Shown here piece by piece: positions 17,017 through 25,147 of a DNA stretch of 64,000 nucleotides; the stretch's first letter is position 1, and each line of letters starts with the position of its first letter. A model generated the notes under the pieces. It was not told the origin of the DNA and searched no databases. It saw nothing but the letters and a program-made list of their open reading frames with translations. The translations under genes were made by a program, and so were the position numbers. Source of the stretch: Deltaproteobacteria bacterium (GTDB lineage Bacteria; Myxococcota; Kuafuiibacteriia; Kuafuiibacteriales; Kuafuiibacteriaceae); contig JAVJQW010000043.1 of the NCBI GenBank assembly GCA_040218735.1, forward strand, positions 256,001-320,000. The letters run 5' to 3'.

Positions 17017-18825
17017 GTGACTGCGCCAGGCACAGCAGGCCTCGTGGGCCGCGTCATCGACGGCAAGCTCCGCCTCGACAAGCTCCTCGGTGCGGGGGCG
17101 AGCGGTGCGGTCTATCGCGCGCACCACCTCGCGCTCGATAAACCCGTCGCGATCAAGGTCCTGCACGCGACGCACAACCTCGACCCGAACCTGGTCGGGC
17201 GCTTCAAGGCCGAAGCGCGCGCGGCGAGCCGGCTCGACCACCCCAACAGCATCCGCATCCTCGACTTCGGAGAGGACGGCGACGACCGGCTCCTCTACAT
17301 CGCGATGGAGTTCGTCGACGGCGAGGACCTGCAGTCCCTGCTCGAACGCGAGCCGCGCCTGGAGTCGTGGCGAATCGCCGCGATCATGGTGCAGACCGTC
17401 GGGGCGCTCGCGGTCGCGCACGACCAGGGTGTCGTCCACCGCGACCTCAAACCCGGCAACATCATGTTGATCCGCGAGGAGGCGGAGGACGGCGTCCGCG
17501 AAGTCGTCAAGGTGTGTGACTTCGGGCTCGCGAAGATCCTCGACGTCAACCCGGACGAGCTCACGAACGGCCCGCTCACCAAACAAGGTGTGATCTTCGG
17601 GACGCCGACGTACATGGCGCCGGAGCAGGCGAGCGGCGAGAAGGTCGACGGGCGCGCGGACATGTACGCCGCGGGCGTCATCATGTTCCGGATGGCGACC
17701 GGCGAGGCGCCGTTCAAGGCCGACAACACCACCGGGCTCCTGATGAAACACATCATGGAGCCGGCGCCGAAGGTGCTCACGGTCGCGCCGACGGTGGATC
17801 CGGAGCTCGCCGCGATCATCGATCGCTGCCTGCTGAAGGACCCCGACGATCGCTACGCGTCGATGCACGATCTTCTGCACGCGATCCGGCCCATCGCCGC
17901 GCGCGCACCGATCGACGCCACGCCGCTCATCGCGAGCGCGCTCCCGCGCGGTCGGAGCGTGACGATGGGGCCGCCGGCCACGACCGCGGAGTCGGTGGAC
18001 GTCACGGTCTCGAGCGCAGGCGCAGTGCCGCTCGCCGAGCCCGCACCGGCGAACCGCGGGCTGACGATGATCGCGCTCGCCGGGACGCTGCTCCTGTTGG
18101 GCGTGGGCGCTGCGTTTGCGTTCGTGGTGCTGGACCGTGAGCCGGTCACGACGGAGCTCGCCGACCTGAAGCCCCCCAACGACACGGAACCGGAGCCGCC
18201 CGCGAAGCCGGTCGCGGTGCTGCCGCCGCGCGACGCCGGCGTCGCGCCGCGCGACGCGGGTGTCGAGCCACCGCCACCTCCGCCGCCACCGAAGAAGGCG
18301 CCCCCCAAGAAGCGCGCGCCGACGAAGAAGTCGCCGCCGCCCCCGCCTCCTCCTCCGCATCCGGTCGAGCCGCCGCCGCCACCGGCCGTGAAGCCTTCGC
18401 CGCCGCCGCCGGCGAAGATCGACACTCCGGTGAAGATCGATCCGGCGCCGCCGGTGAAGATCATCCCGCCGCCGCCTTCGAAGCCGAAGCTCGGCGACAA
18501 CTTCCGGATGTCGGCGAAGCTCTCGAACATCGACGTGAGCGGGGGACTGTCGAAGAACCGCACCACGGTCGCCGTGGAGCGGACGATGGGCGACATCACC
18601 AAGTGCCTGCGCAAAGCGATCGCCGAGCTGGGTGAACCGACCAGCGGCGTGCTCACCGTGAAGGGGAAGATCTCGGTGCGCGGTCGCTACGAGAACGTGA
18701 CGGTCACCAGCCCGCTGCGCGCCGCGAACGAGTGTGTCCGCGAGGTCGTCCGCGACATCCACCCGCCGAAGCCGGACACCGGCGCCGCGTACCTCACGTT
18801 CCAGGTCCTCTTCAGCGGGAAGTGA
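17017..18825 (+). CDS. Ser/Thr protein kinase with TM, Pro/Lys-rich linker and AgmX/PglI (TonB_C-like) C-terminal domain
   Basis: LGAGASGAVY, AIKVL, HRDLKPGN, DFGLAK, GTPTYMAPEQ; TM; poly-Pro; C-terminal ITKCLRKA..GVLTVKGKI..GR..ECVREVV..P..LTFQVLF. Confidence 0.93.
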   Translation: MTAPGTAGLVGRVIDGKLRLDKLLGAGASGAVYRAHHLALDKPVAIKVLHATHNLDPNLVGRFKAEARAASRLDHPNSIRILDFGEDGDDRLLYIAMEFVDGEDLQSLLEREPRLESWRIAAIMVQTVGALAVAHDQGVVHRDLKPGNIMLIREEAEDGVREVVKVCDFGLAKILDVNPDELTNGPLTKQGVIFGTPTYMAPEQASGEKVDGRADMYAAGVIMFRMATGEAPFKADNTTGLLMKHIMEPAPKVLTVAPTVDPELAAIIDRCLLKDPDDRYASMHDLLHAIRPIAARAPIDATPLIASALPRGRSVTMGPPATTAESVDVTVSSAGAVPLAEPAPANRGLTMIALAGTLLLLGVGAAFAFVVLDREPVTTELADLKPPNDTEPEPPAKPVAVLPPRDAGVAPRDAGVEPPPPPPPPKKAPPKKRAPTKKSPPPPPPPPHPVEPPPPPAVKPSPPPPAKIDTPVKIDPAPPVKIIPPPPSKPKLGDNFRMSAKLSNIDVSGGLSKNRTTVAVERTMGDITKCLRKAIAELGEPTSGVLTVKGKISVRGRYENVTVTSPLRAANECVREVVRDIHPPKPDTGAAYLTFQVLFSGK

Positions 18826-18943
18826 TCCAGTCCGCGAGCTCGACGGACGCCTGCTGCAACGTCTCCGACATCGCGTCGAACGGATGTGCGGCGAGCGCCA
18901 GACCCGCGGCGAAGATCCAAACGACGACACGATTCGACAGCAT
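18812..18943 (-). CDS. Small 43-aa membrane or secreted peptide (not in the ORF track)
   Basis: MLSNRVVVWIFAAGLALAAHPFDAMSETLQQASVELADWITSR*; starts 6 nt after the upstream gene's stop and fills the gap between convergent genes. Confidence 0.5.
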   Translation of the reverse strand: MLSNRVVVWIFAAGLALAAHPFDAMSETLQQASVELADWITSR

Positions 18944-18949
18944 GACCGT

Positions 18950-19588
18950 TCAGTTGGACGGCGGCGCGGCGTTTATGATTCGACGCTTCGTCGACAGCCA
19001 CGCGACGCGCGCGCCCGCGGGATCGACCAGCCCGAACGCATACAGCTCGAACAGGAGCGCAGCCTGGAACGTGTATGCGCCGTCCGGGCGATCGTCGCAG
19101 GCCGCGGTGCCGGCGAGCCTGCGGCCTGCCGACGCCGGACAGTCGGCGTGCCGGTACCCGTCGCCGTCCGCGTGCCGTGCCTCGTGGACCAGCGCGTAGA
19201 TTCGCTCGAGGGGGTCGAGCGCGAAGAACGCCTCCGTGACCGCGATCGTGTGCTCGCCGTCGTAGACGGCGACGGTCCAGGCGTCGTCGACGCGGACACG
19301 GTGCACCCGTCGACTCCACCACGCGAGGAGCGCGGGGCCGTCGAAGTCGAAGCCGAAGGTGCGGGAGAAGGTCGACGCCGCGCGGTAGTCGTCGGCGTCG
19401 ATGGCGAGGGAGGACGCCGCCAGCCCTTCGATGTCGCGCAGCGTTCGTTCGAATAGAACGCGCTGCTCGGCGTCGAAGCCCACGAGGGTCGTGGACGCGT
19501 CGCCGACGGCGAGCGCGCCCTGGTGTGTCGCGCAGCTCGTGAGGAGTAACGACGCGACGGCGGCCCTGAGGGCATCGCGGGCGGTCAT
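18950..19588 (-). CDS. Lipoprotein with HEXXH zincin-like motif
   Basis: ATGA overlap with the PBP stop; lipobox LLTS-C; ALVHEARHADGDGYRHADC..ACDD. This is the C-terminal part of track ORF 18950..20806. Confidence 0.7.
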   Translation of the reverse strand: MTARDALRAAVASLLLTSCATHQGALAVGDASTTLVGFDAEQRVLFERTLRDIEGLAASSLAIDADDYRAASTFSRTFGFDFDGPALLAWWSRRVHRVRVDDAWTVAVYDGEHTIAVTEAFFALDPLERIYALVHEARHADGDGYRHADCPASAGRRLAGTAACDDRPDGAYTFQAALLFELYAFGLVDPAGARVAWLSTKRRIINAAPPSN

Positions 19589-21870
19589 GGCGCCGTGCTC
19601 GTTCTCGTCTCGCCCCTGAGCTCGACGCCGAGCGGCAATGAACCACGGCGTGGGCGCGGGAGCACGGTGCGCGTGTTGGGCCCGCGAGCCAGCGCGATCC
19701 AGTGCCCTTCGAAGGGGACCAGGACGGCTTCGTCGGGCACAGGGTGTTGGGCGGGTGTGTCGGCCTCCAGCGCTTCGACGATCGCCTTCCAGGCGGGGAG
19801 GGCAGCGCGTCCGCCGGTCTCTCGATCTCCGAGCGTCGCCGGGCCATCGGTTCCGATCCAGATGCCGACCGTGTGGGTTGGCGTGAACCCGACGAACCAT
19901 GCGTCCACGTAGTCGTTCGTCGTCCCGGTCTTTCCGGCCCGCGAGTGCTCGGGGTCGAAGGCGGCGCGGGCCGTACCGGAGCGGACGACGTTTTCGAGCA
20001 TGTCGATCAACTCGAACGCGATGCCCGTCGGGAGCACCTGGTCGGGCGGCTCCGGCGCGGCGAACGCTGCGACCTCTTGCATCGGCTCGCCTTCTGCATC
20101 GACCAGGCTGGTGACGTAAACGGGCCGAAAACGACGGCCCTGGCGGGCCACGGTTGCAAACGCGGTCACCTGCTCCATGAGGGTGACCTCGGCGCTTCCC
20201 AGCGCGATCGTGGGGTCGCGGCGAAGCGGCGAGGTGACACCCAACGCGTTGGCGGTGTGGATGACGTCGTCGACACCCACGTCGAGGAGCAGTCGAATCG
20301 CGACCGTGTTGATGCTCTTCGCGAATGCGGTGCGGAGCGGAAGTCGTCCGCGGTACGTGTTGTCGAAGTTCTTCGGACGCCAGCGCGTCCGCCCGCCCCC
20401 GGGGAGGTCGATCGGGGCGTCGACGACGATGTCGAGCTGATTGCGTCCGTGTAGCAACGCCGCCGCGTAGACGTAGAGTTTGAAGCTGCTCCCGGGTTGT
20501 CGCCGCGCCTGCGTGGCCCGCACGAACCCCTCCAGGCGGTCTTCGTAGCCACCGACGAGGGCGATGACCCGCTGCGAGCGATGGTCGACGACGATCGCCG
20601 CGCCTTCCGCCCACGGACGCCGGTCGAGGCGCACGGTGCGGTCCTCGACGAGACACACGGAAAGAACGTCGCCCGGTTGGACCTCGAGCGCTCCTTGGCG
20701 CCCGTCTCTCGAACGAACGAGCCGTTCCGCCTCGGGCATCGCGAAGCGATACGGGCCGGCGCGCAGCGCGCCGAGTCCGTCCCGACCGACGAGCGCTTCG
20801 AAACACTCGTCGCGGCGCGGAGGGAGCGGGGCCAACGTCTCGGGGTTGCGTCGTAGCCCCGGCGCTCGCGCGTAGAACGCATCGTACCGCTCCGGCGTCA
20901 GCTGTCGGATCGCACCGCGCTGGCCTTGCCGACGATCGAGTGCCTCGAGCGCGTCGCGAACGGCGCGCTCGGCCACGGCCTGAACGTCCATGCGGAGCGG
21001 GGTACCGACCCGCATCCCGGCCACGGTCGGTCGCTGAGGACCCAGCACCTTGCGAAGCTCTCGCCGTACCTGAGTGATGTACCCGACGCCGATCTCGCGC
21101 TGCGTGGGGTCACCGCGGGGAATGGCAACGGGGTCGTCGAGGAACGTGTCCGCGGTCTCCCGTGGCAGGTGGCCGTCCTCGACGAGCTGATCCAGGACGA
21201 TTCGGCGCCGCTGCTCGGCGAGGTGCGGATTCGTGCGCGGGGAGTAACGTGATGGCGCCGGGACGAGCCCCGCGATCAGCGCTGCTTGACCCGCGTTGAG
21301 GTTCGCCGCGCCGACACCGTAGTAGTCTCGGGCTGCCGCTTCGACGCCGTAGTTGCCGGCGCCGAGGTAGACGAAGTTGATGTACAGCTCGAGGAGCTGC
21401 GGCTTGCTCAGCTCGTCCTCGAGGCGGTAGGCGAGCACCGCCTCTCGCATCTTGCGGAGGTACGAACGCTCGCGGCCCACGAGGAGGTTCTTCACGAGCT
21501 GCTGCGTGATCGTCGAGCCACCCTGGACGGACTCACCCGCGCGGATGTTCTCCACGAGCGCGCGCGCCGTGCCGAGCCAGTCCACGCCGCGGTGGGAGAA
21601 GAACCGGCGGTCCTCCGCGGAGACGAACGCCTGCGCGACGAACGGCGGCAGGGGTTCGAGGTCCACCCAGATCCGACGTTCGAGGTAGAACTCGTCGACG
21701 ACTTCACCGGACGCGTCCGTAATCAGGCATCCTAGCGGGGGCCGCCAATCGCGGAACCGAGAGAGGTCGGTCGGCAACGTGCTGAGCACGTTCGTCTGAA
21801 ACCACCACCATGCGCCGCCCGCGATGCCGACGAAGACGATGAGCACGATGAGGAGTCGACGACGGCCCAT
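19585..21870 (-). CDS. mrcA: Class A penicillin-binding protein (PBP1A family; transglycosylase + transpeptidase)
   Basis: N-terminal TM; GT51 motifs EDRRFFSHRGVD, GGSTITQQLVKN, RKMRE; transpeptidase SxxK (QPGSSFK), SxN (SIN), KTGT. Confidence 0.9.
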   Translation of the reverse strand: MGRRRLLIVLIVFVGIAGGAWWWFQTNVLSTLPTDLSRFRDWRPPLGCLITDASGEVVDEFYLERRIWVDLEPLPPFVAQAFVSAEDRRFFSHRGVDWLGTARALVENIRAGESVQGGSTITQQLVKNLLVGRERSYLRKMREAVLAYRLEDELSKPQLLELYINFVYLGAGNYGVEAAARDYYGVGAANLNAGQAALIAGLVPAPSRYSPRTNPHLAEQRRRIVLDQLVEDGHLPRETADTFLDDPVAIPRGDPTQREIGVGYITQVRRELRKVLGPQRPTVAGMRVGTPLRMDVQAVAERAVRDALEALDRRQGQRGAIRQLTPERYDAFYARAPGLRRNPETLAPLPPRRDECFEALVGRDGLGALRAGPYRFAMPEAERLVRSRDGRQGALEVQPGDVLSVCLVEDRTVRLDRRPWAEGAAIVVDHRSQRVIALVGGYEDRLEGFVRATQARRQPGSSFKLYVYAAALLHGRNQLDIVVDAPIDLPGGGRTRWRPKNFDNTYRGRLPLRTAFAKSINTVAIRLLLDVGVDDVIHTANALGVTSPLRRDPTIALGSAEVTLMEQVTAFATVARQGRRFRPVYVTSLVDAEGEPMQEVAAFAAPEPPDQVLPTGIAFELIDMLENVVRSGTARAAFDPEHSRAGKTGTTNDYVDAWFVGFTPTHTVGIWIGTDGPATLGDRETGGRAALPAWKAIVEALEADTPAQHPVPDEAVLVPFEGHWIALARGPNTRTVLPRPRRGSLPLGVELRGETRTSTAP

Positions 21871-21880
21871 GCGACAGCGG

Positions 21881-23428
21881 ATGGTGTACGCGGTCTTCGC
21901 GCTCCATGCCACGGCGGCGTGTACCAATCCGCAACCGGACGCTCAGCCGCTCGTCGCACCGAAACCCGAAGCGCCGCCGTTGGTTCGCCTCGCGCTCGAC
22001 GTGAAGGTCGACGCATCCACCGACGCTGCGACGTCCGCGGCCGGCATCGTCGCTGCGCTCGTCGAGCTCGGCCTCGTAGATCTACCGGGTGTCGTACCGG
22101 TCATTGCGAACAGCACCGTCGCGCCGAGCCTCGGCCTCGCGCGCGATCCGTCCACGGTGAAGTATCGCGGCCGATTGGAGGTCCGGCTCGACGCCGAGCG
22201 AATTCGTGCGGTTGTCACGATGTGCCGCTCCGGGACCTCCGACTGCGCGGAGCACCACGCCGACTCCGCGCGTGAACGCCCCGATCTGGTCGCGGCGTCG
22301 ATCATGAATGCACTTGCGGCCCGCTTCGACCGGACCGTGAACGAGGCTGTCGCCCAAGGCTGGTCACGCGCGCTTTCCAAGGACCCGTACGCGGTCGTCG
22401 TCGCGGGCCGCGCGGCGGCGCGATGGTACGGACTCTCGGGGGCACCAGCGATCGAACCCCGACCGGAGGACGTGAGAAACGATCCGTTCGCGCGCGCGGT
22501 CTTCCTCGATCCCCAGCTCGCGGTCGCGCAGTGGATGCTCGCGCGTTCGAGGGTCGCGCGCGGTGACTTGAAGGCGGCGGCGGCGGCGCTGGAGATGGCG
22601 CGTCGGGTCGAGCCACAGCGCGTCGCGTTCGCGGCGGACTTCGCCGTACTCGCGGCCCCCGCCGGGCGGGATCCCGCGCCCGCGTGGACCGACCTCGAAC
22701 GGAGCGCGCCCGCCGATCTTCGCTTCACGCTCGCGCGGGCCGAGACGGACCTCGCGCTCGCTCGGGGCCGCGACGTCGTGTCACGCCTCGACGCCGCCCC
22801 CGAGCGGATCCGAAACGTCGCCGAAGCGCTGCGACTCCGCGTGCTGGCGTTGGAGCAGCTCGGCGCGACGGTGGACGATGCGCTGCTGGAAGCCTGGGCG
22901 CTCAGCGCGCCGTCCGACCCGGAACCGATCCGGCGCCGGCTACGTCGTGAGGTCGAAGCGCGCGCCTACGACGCCGCGTTCGAGAGCGCGCGCGAGCTGG
23001 ACCGCCGCGGCGTTCACGAGGAGGCGCTGCGCGCGATGATGGCCGCGGCGCTCGCGGCGGGCCGCTACGCAGACGCGGCGGAGGCCGCGCGCGCCGTTGG
23101 CGATCCGAGCACCGCGGCGCGTATCGAGCTTCGAGGGCGTCTGGAGCGCGGCGAAGTCGTGCTCTACGATGCCGTCGAGGGTAGCGATCGTAGCGCCTTG
23201 CTCGCACGCGGCGCGCTCGCCCTGGAGGGCGGCGAACATCCCGAGGCCGTCCGCGCAGCGTCGATGCTCCTCGCGCGCGAGCCGTGGGACCCTCGCGCGC
23301 TCGAGCTCCTCGTTCACGCCGCGCGCGCTCAGGGGGACACAAACCTCGCGGAGTCGTCACTTCGTAGGCTGATGCTCGCGGATCCCGAACGCGCTGACCG
23401 TGCTCGTGGTCAGCACCGCGGCCGGTAG
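21881..23428 (+). CDS. TPR-like helical lipoprotein (hypothetical)
   Basis: Lipobox-like ATAA-C, Ala-rich TPR-like repeats (FARAVFLDPQLAVAQWMLARSR; LLAREPWDPRALELL). Start may be ATG 21869. Confidence 0.65.
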   Translation: MVYAVFALHATAACTNPQPDAQPLVAPKPEAPPLVRLALDVKVDASTDAATSAAGIVAALVELGLVDLPGVVPVIANSTVAPSLGLARDPSTVKYRGRLEVRLDAERIRAVVTMCRSGTSDCAEHHADSARERPDLVAASIMNALAARFDRTVNEAVAQGWSRALSKDPYAVVVAGRAAARWYGLSGAPAIEPRPEDVRNDPFARAVFLDPQLAVAQWMLARSRVARGDLKAAAAALEMARRVEPQRVAFAADFAVLAAPAGRDPAPAWTDLERSAPADLRFTLARAETDLALARGRDVVSRLDAAPERIRNVAEALRLRVLALEQLGATVDDALLEAWALSAPSDPEPIRRRLRREVEARAYDAAFESARELDRRGVHEEALRAMMAAALAAGRYADAAEAARAVGDPSTAARIELRGRLERGEVVLYDAVEGSDRSALLARGALALEGGEHPEAVRAASMLLAREPWDPRALELLVHAARAQGDTNLAESSLRRLMLADPERADRARGQHRGR

Positions 23429-24070
23429 GACGGGGTGCGGCGTGCACACGCAACGGCCCGCGTCTACGCAGGCCTCCCGACCCACGATGGCGACGCCGCC
23501 GTGCACCGCCGACCGATCCGGACATACGGAGAGACCGGCCGGGACGACGACCGCGTTGTTGGCGTCGGCGTCACCCAGGCCCGGGGCGCCCGTGAGGGTG
23601 TGGGGACAGGTGGCGAGCCTCGGTTCGACGAAGCGTTCGTGCCAGGCGCGAAGCTCGAGGTGTCGGTCGGCGGCAGCCTCCGCGTGGGCCACGAGCGAGG
23701 TGATCTGACGCGCGTGGTCCGCCGCGAGCAACGGAGCGATCGTGGCGGCCTTCGCGAGGCGCCCGAGCTCGGCGCCCGCGACGCGGGCGACTTGGGCGTC
23801 GCGGGTGTGTCGCCCGAGGAGTAAGTCCGCCCGCGTCAGGAGCGAGGCGATGTCCGTCGTGCAGCGCTTCTGAGGTTCGGCGCGCCATCGGATGGCGAGG
23901 GCGTTGTGCACGCGCGCCACGGCGCGCCGAACGGTCAGCTCGTCGTCGACGAGTCGCTCGACCCGGCGCTGCTCCCGAAGGAGCAGGTCGACGTCAGGCG
24001 CGAGGTCGGTCGCGGGCTGAGCGACGACGAGCGCAGCGACGATGAGAGGCCAGGGCGGCATCCGCGTCAC
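23357..24070 (-). CDS. Hypothetical secreted protein (helical N-part, Cys-containing C-part)
   Basis: Hydrophobic N-terminus; co-oriented and 24 nt downstream of the Pal-like gene; 72-nt convergent overlap with the TPR gene. Confidence 0.5.
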   Translation of the reverse strand: MTRMPPWPLIVAALVVAQPATDLAPDVDLLLREQRRVERLVDDELTVRRAVARVHNALAIRWRAEPQKRCTTDIASLLTRADLLLGRHTRDAQVARVAGAELGRLAKAATIAPLLAADHARQITSLVAHAEAAADRHLELRAWHERFVEPRLATCPHTLTGAPGLGDADANNAVVVPAGLSVCPDRSAVHGGVAIVGREACVDAGRCVCTPHPVLPAAVLTTSTVSAFGIREHQPTK

Positions 24071-24094
24071 TGCAACACGTCGTGCTCTCGCGAT

Positions 24095-24649
24095 CTACTC
24101 GTCGGTCGAGCCGCGGATCGTCGCGACCGCGGTGCGGTCGACGAGGACCCGGAACTCGGCGCGGCGGTTCTTCGACCAGGCGGTCTCATCCGTGCCGCGG
24201 GCGATCGGGCGCTCCTTGCCGAACGAGATGATCGCGAGGCGGGCCTGCTCGACGCCGGCCTTGGCCATGTAGTCGCGGATCGCCTTGGCCCGGCGCTCGC
24301 CGAGGCTGAGGTTGTACTCCGTGGTGCCGCGGTCGTCGCAGTGGCCCTGGATCTCCACCGTCACGTCCGGGTGAGCGCGCATCAGCTCCGTGTTGGCGAG
24401 GAGGACCTCGCGGGTCGCGGGGGAGAGCGTCGCCGAGTCGAACTCGAAGTGCACGCGGCGGAAGTTGTCGACGATCGTCGAAATCGCCGCCGCCGTGGCG
24501 GCCTCGGTGGGCTTCGGCGCCTGGGTCGTGGCCGCGCCCGCCGGGGTGACCGGGGGTCGCGACTCGGCCTCGGGCTTGGTGCTGGAGCAACCCAGCGTCA
24601 GTCCGACGACGGCGCCGATGAGGAAGCGGTGAGTGGTCTGAGTGAACAT
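24095..24649 (-). CDS. pal: OmpA_C/Pal-family peptidoglycan-associated lipoprotein
   Basis: Lipobox LTLG-C; VHFEFDS, IQGHCDDRGTTEYNLSLGERRA, SFGKERP, NRRAEF. Start moved to ATG 24649. Confidence 0.88.
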   Translation of the reverse strand: MFTQTTHRFLIGAVVGLTLGCSSTKPEAESRPPVTPAGAATTQAPKPTEAATAAAISTIVDNFRRVHFEFDSATLSPATREVLLANTELMRAHPDVTVEIQGHCDDRGTTEYNLSLGERRAKAIRDYMAKAGVEQARLAIISFGKERPIARGTDETAWSKNRRAEFRVLVDRTAVATIRGSTDE

Positions 24650-24667
24650 GGTTCGCCGCTGCCGGAG

Positions 24668-24684
24668 AGCACCCCGCGTGCCAA
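24668..24684 (-). promoter_or_regulatory. sigma54 promoter for the Pal-like gene
   Basis: Minus strand TTGGCACGCGGGGTGCT: consensus TGGCACG -24 box with GG-N10-GC spacing. Confidence 0.7.
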
Positions 24685-24780
24685 CCACGGAGGTGCCGTG
24701 CGGCGCGCAGTTTTCGACGTGCGCCCGAGAGGGCCTCGCAGTCCTTGCGTCGCGCGCCGCCGTCGCCTGTACGAGGCCCG

Positions 24781-24796
24781 CGGCACGCGCGATGCA
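24781..24796 (+). promoter_or_regulatory. sigma54 promoter for the small lipoprotein
   Basis: CGGCACGCGCGATGCA: GG-N10-GC; GAGGA SD and ATG 24823 follow. Confidence 0.65.
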
Positions 24797-24822
24797 GATC
24801 GCTCGGTTCAGAGGACGACTCC

Positions 24823-25047
24823 ATGATGCGCACCTTCACCTTGGCCTTCATCATCGCCGTGATTCTGTTCGCGTCGGCCTGCAAGGACGCGAAGCACAAA
24901 ATCACCGCCTCGCCGACCGAGATCGCGACGCCCGCCTCCGAGGAGCGCTCCGGCGGCGTCTGGGGCGACGAGGACGACGCGGCCGCCGAGCTCCCCGCGG
25001 ACGACGAGTCCGCCGGCGAACCCGGCGCGTCCGGCCTCGCCGAGTAG
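24823..25047 (+). CDS. Small acidic lipoprotein (74 aa)
   Basis: GAGGA SD; MMRTFTLAFIIAVILFASA-C lipobox; disordered acidic tail. Confidence 0.65.
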   Translation: MMRTFTLAFIIAVILFASACKDAKHKITASPTEIATPASEERSGGVWGDEDDAAAELPADDESAGEPGASGLAE

Positions 25048-25147
25048 GCTCGACGCCGCGACGAAGAATCTGCGTCGCGACGCACAGGCTGCGCGAATGT
25101 CGACGACCCTGCTTGCCAAGGCCTTCCTGGCGTTGGACACACGGCGA

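Noticed and set aside
18950-20806. 618-aa ORF overlapping the PBP gene
   Set aside because: Only the last 212 aa, from ATG 19588, look like a real protein.
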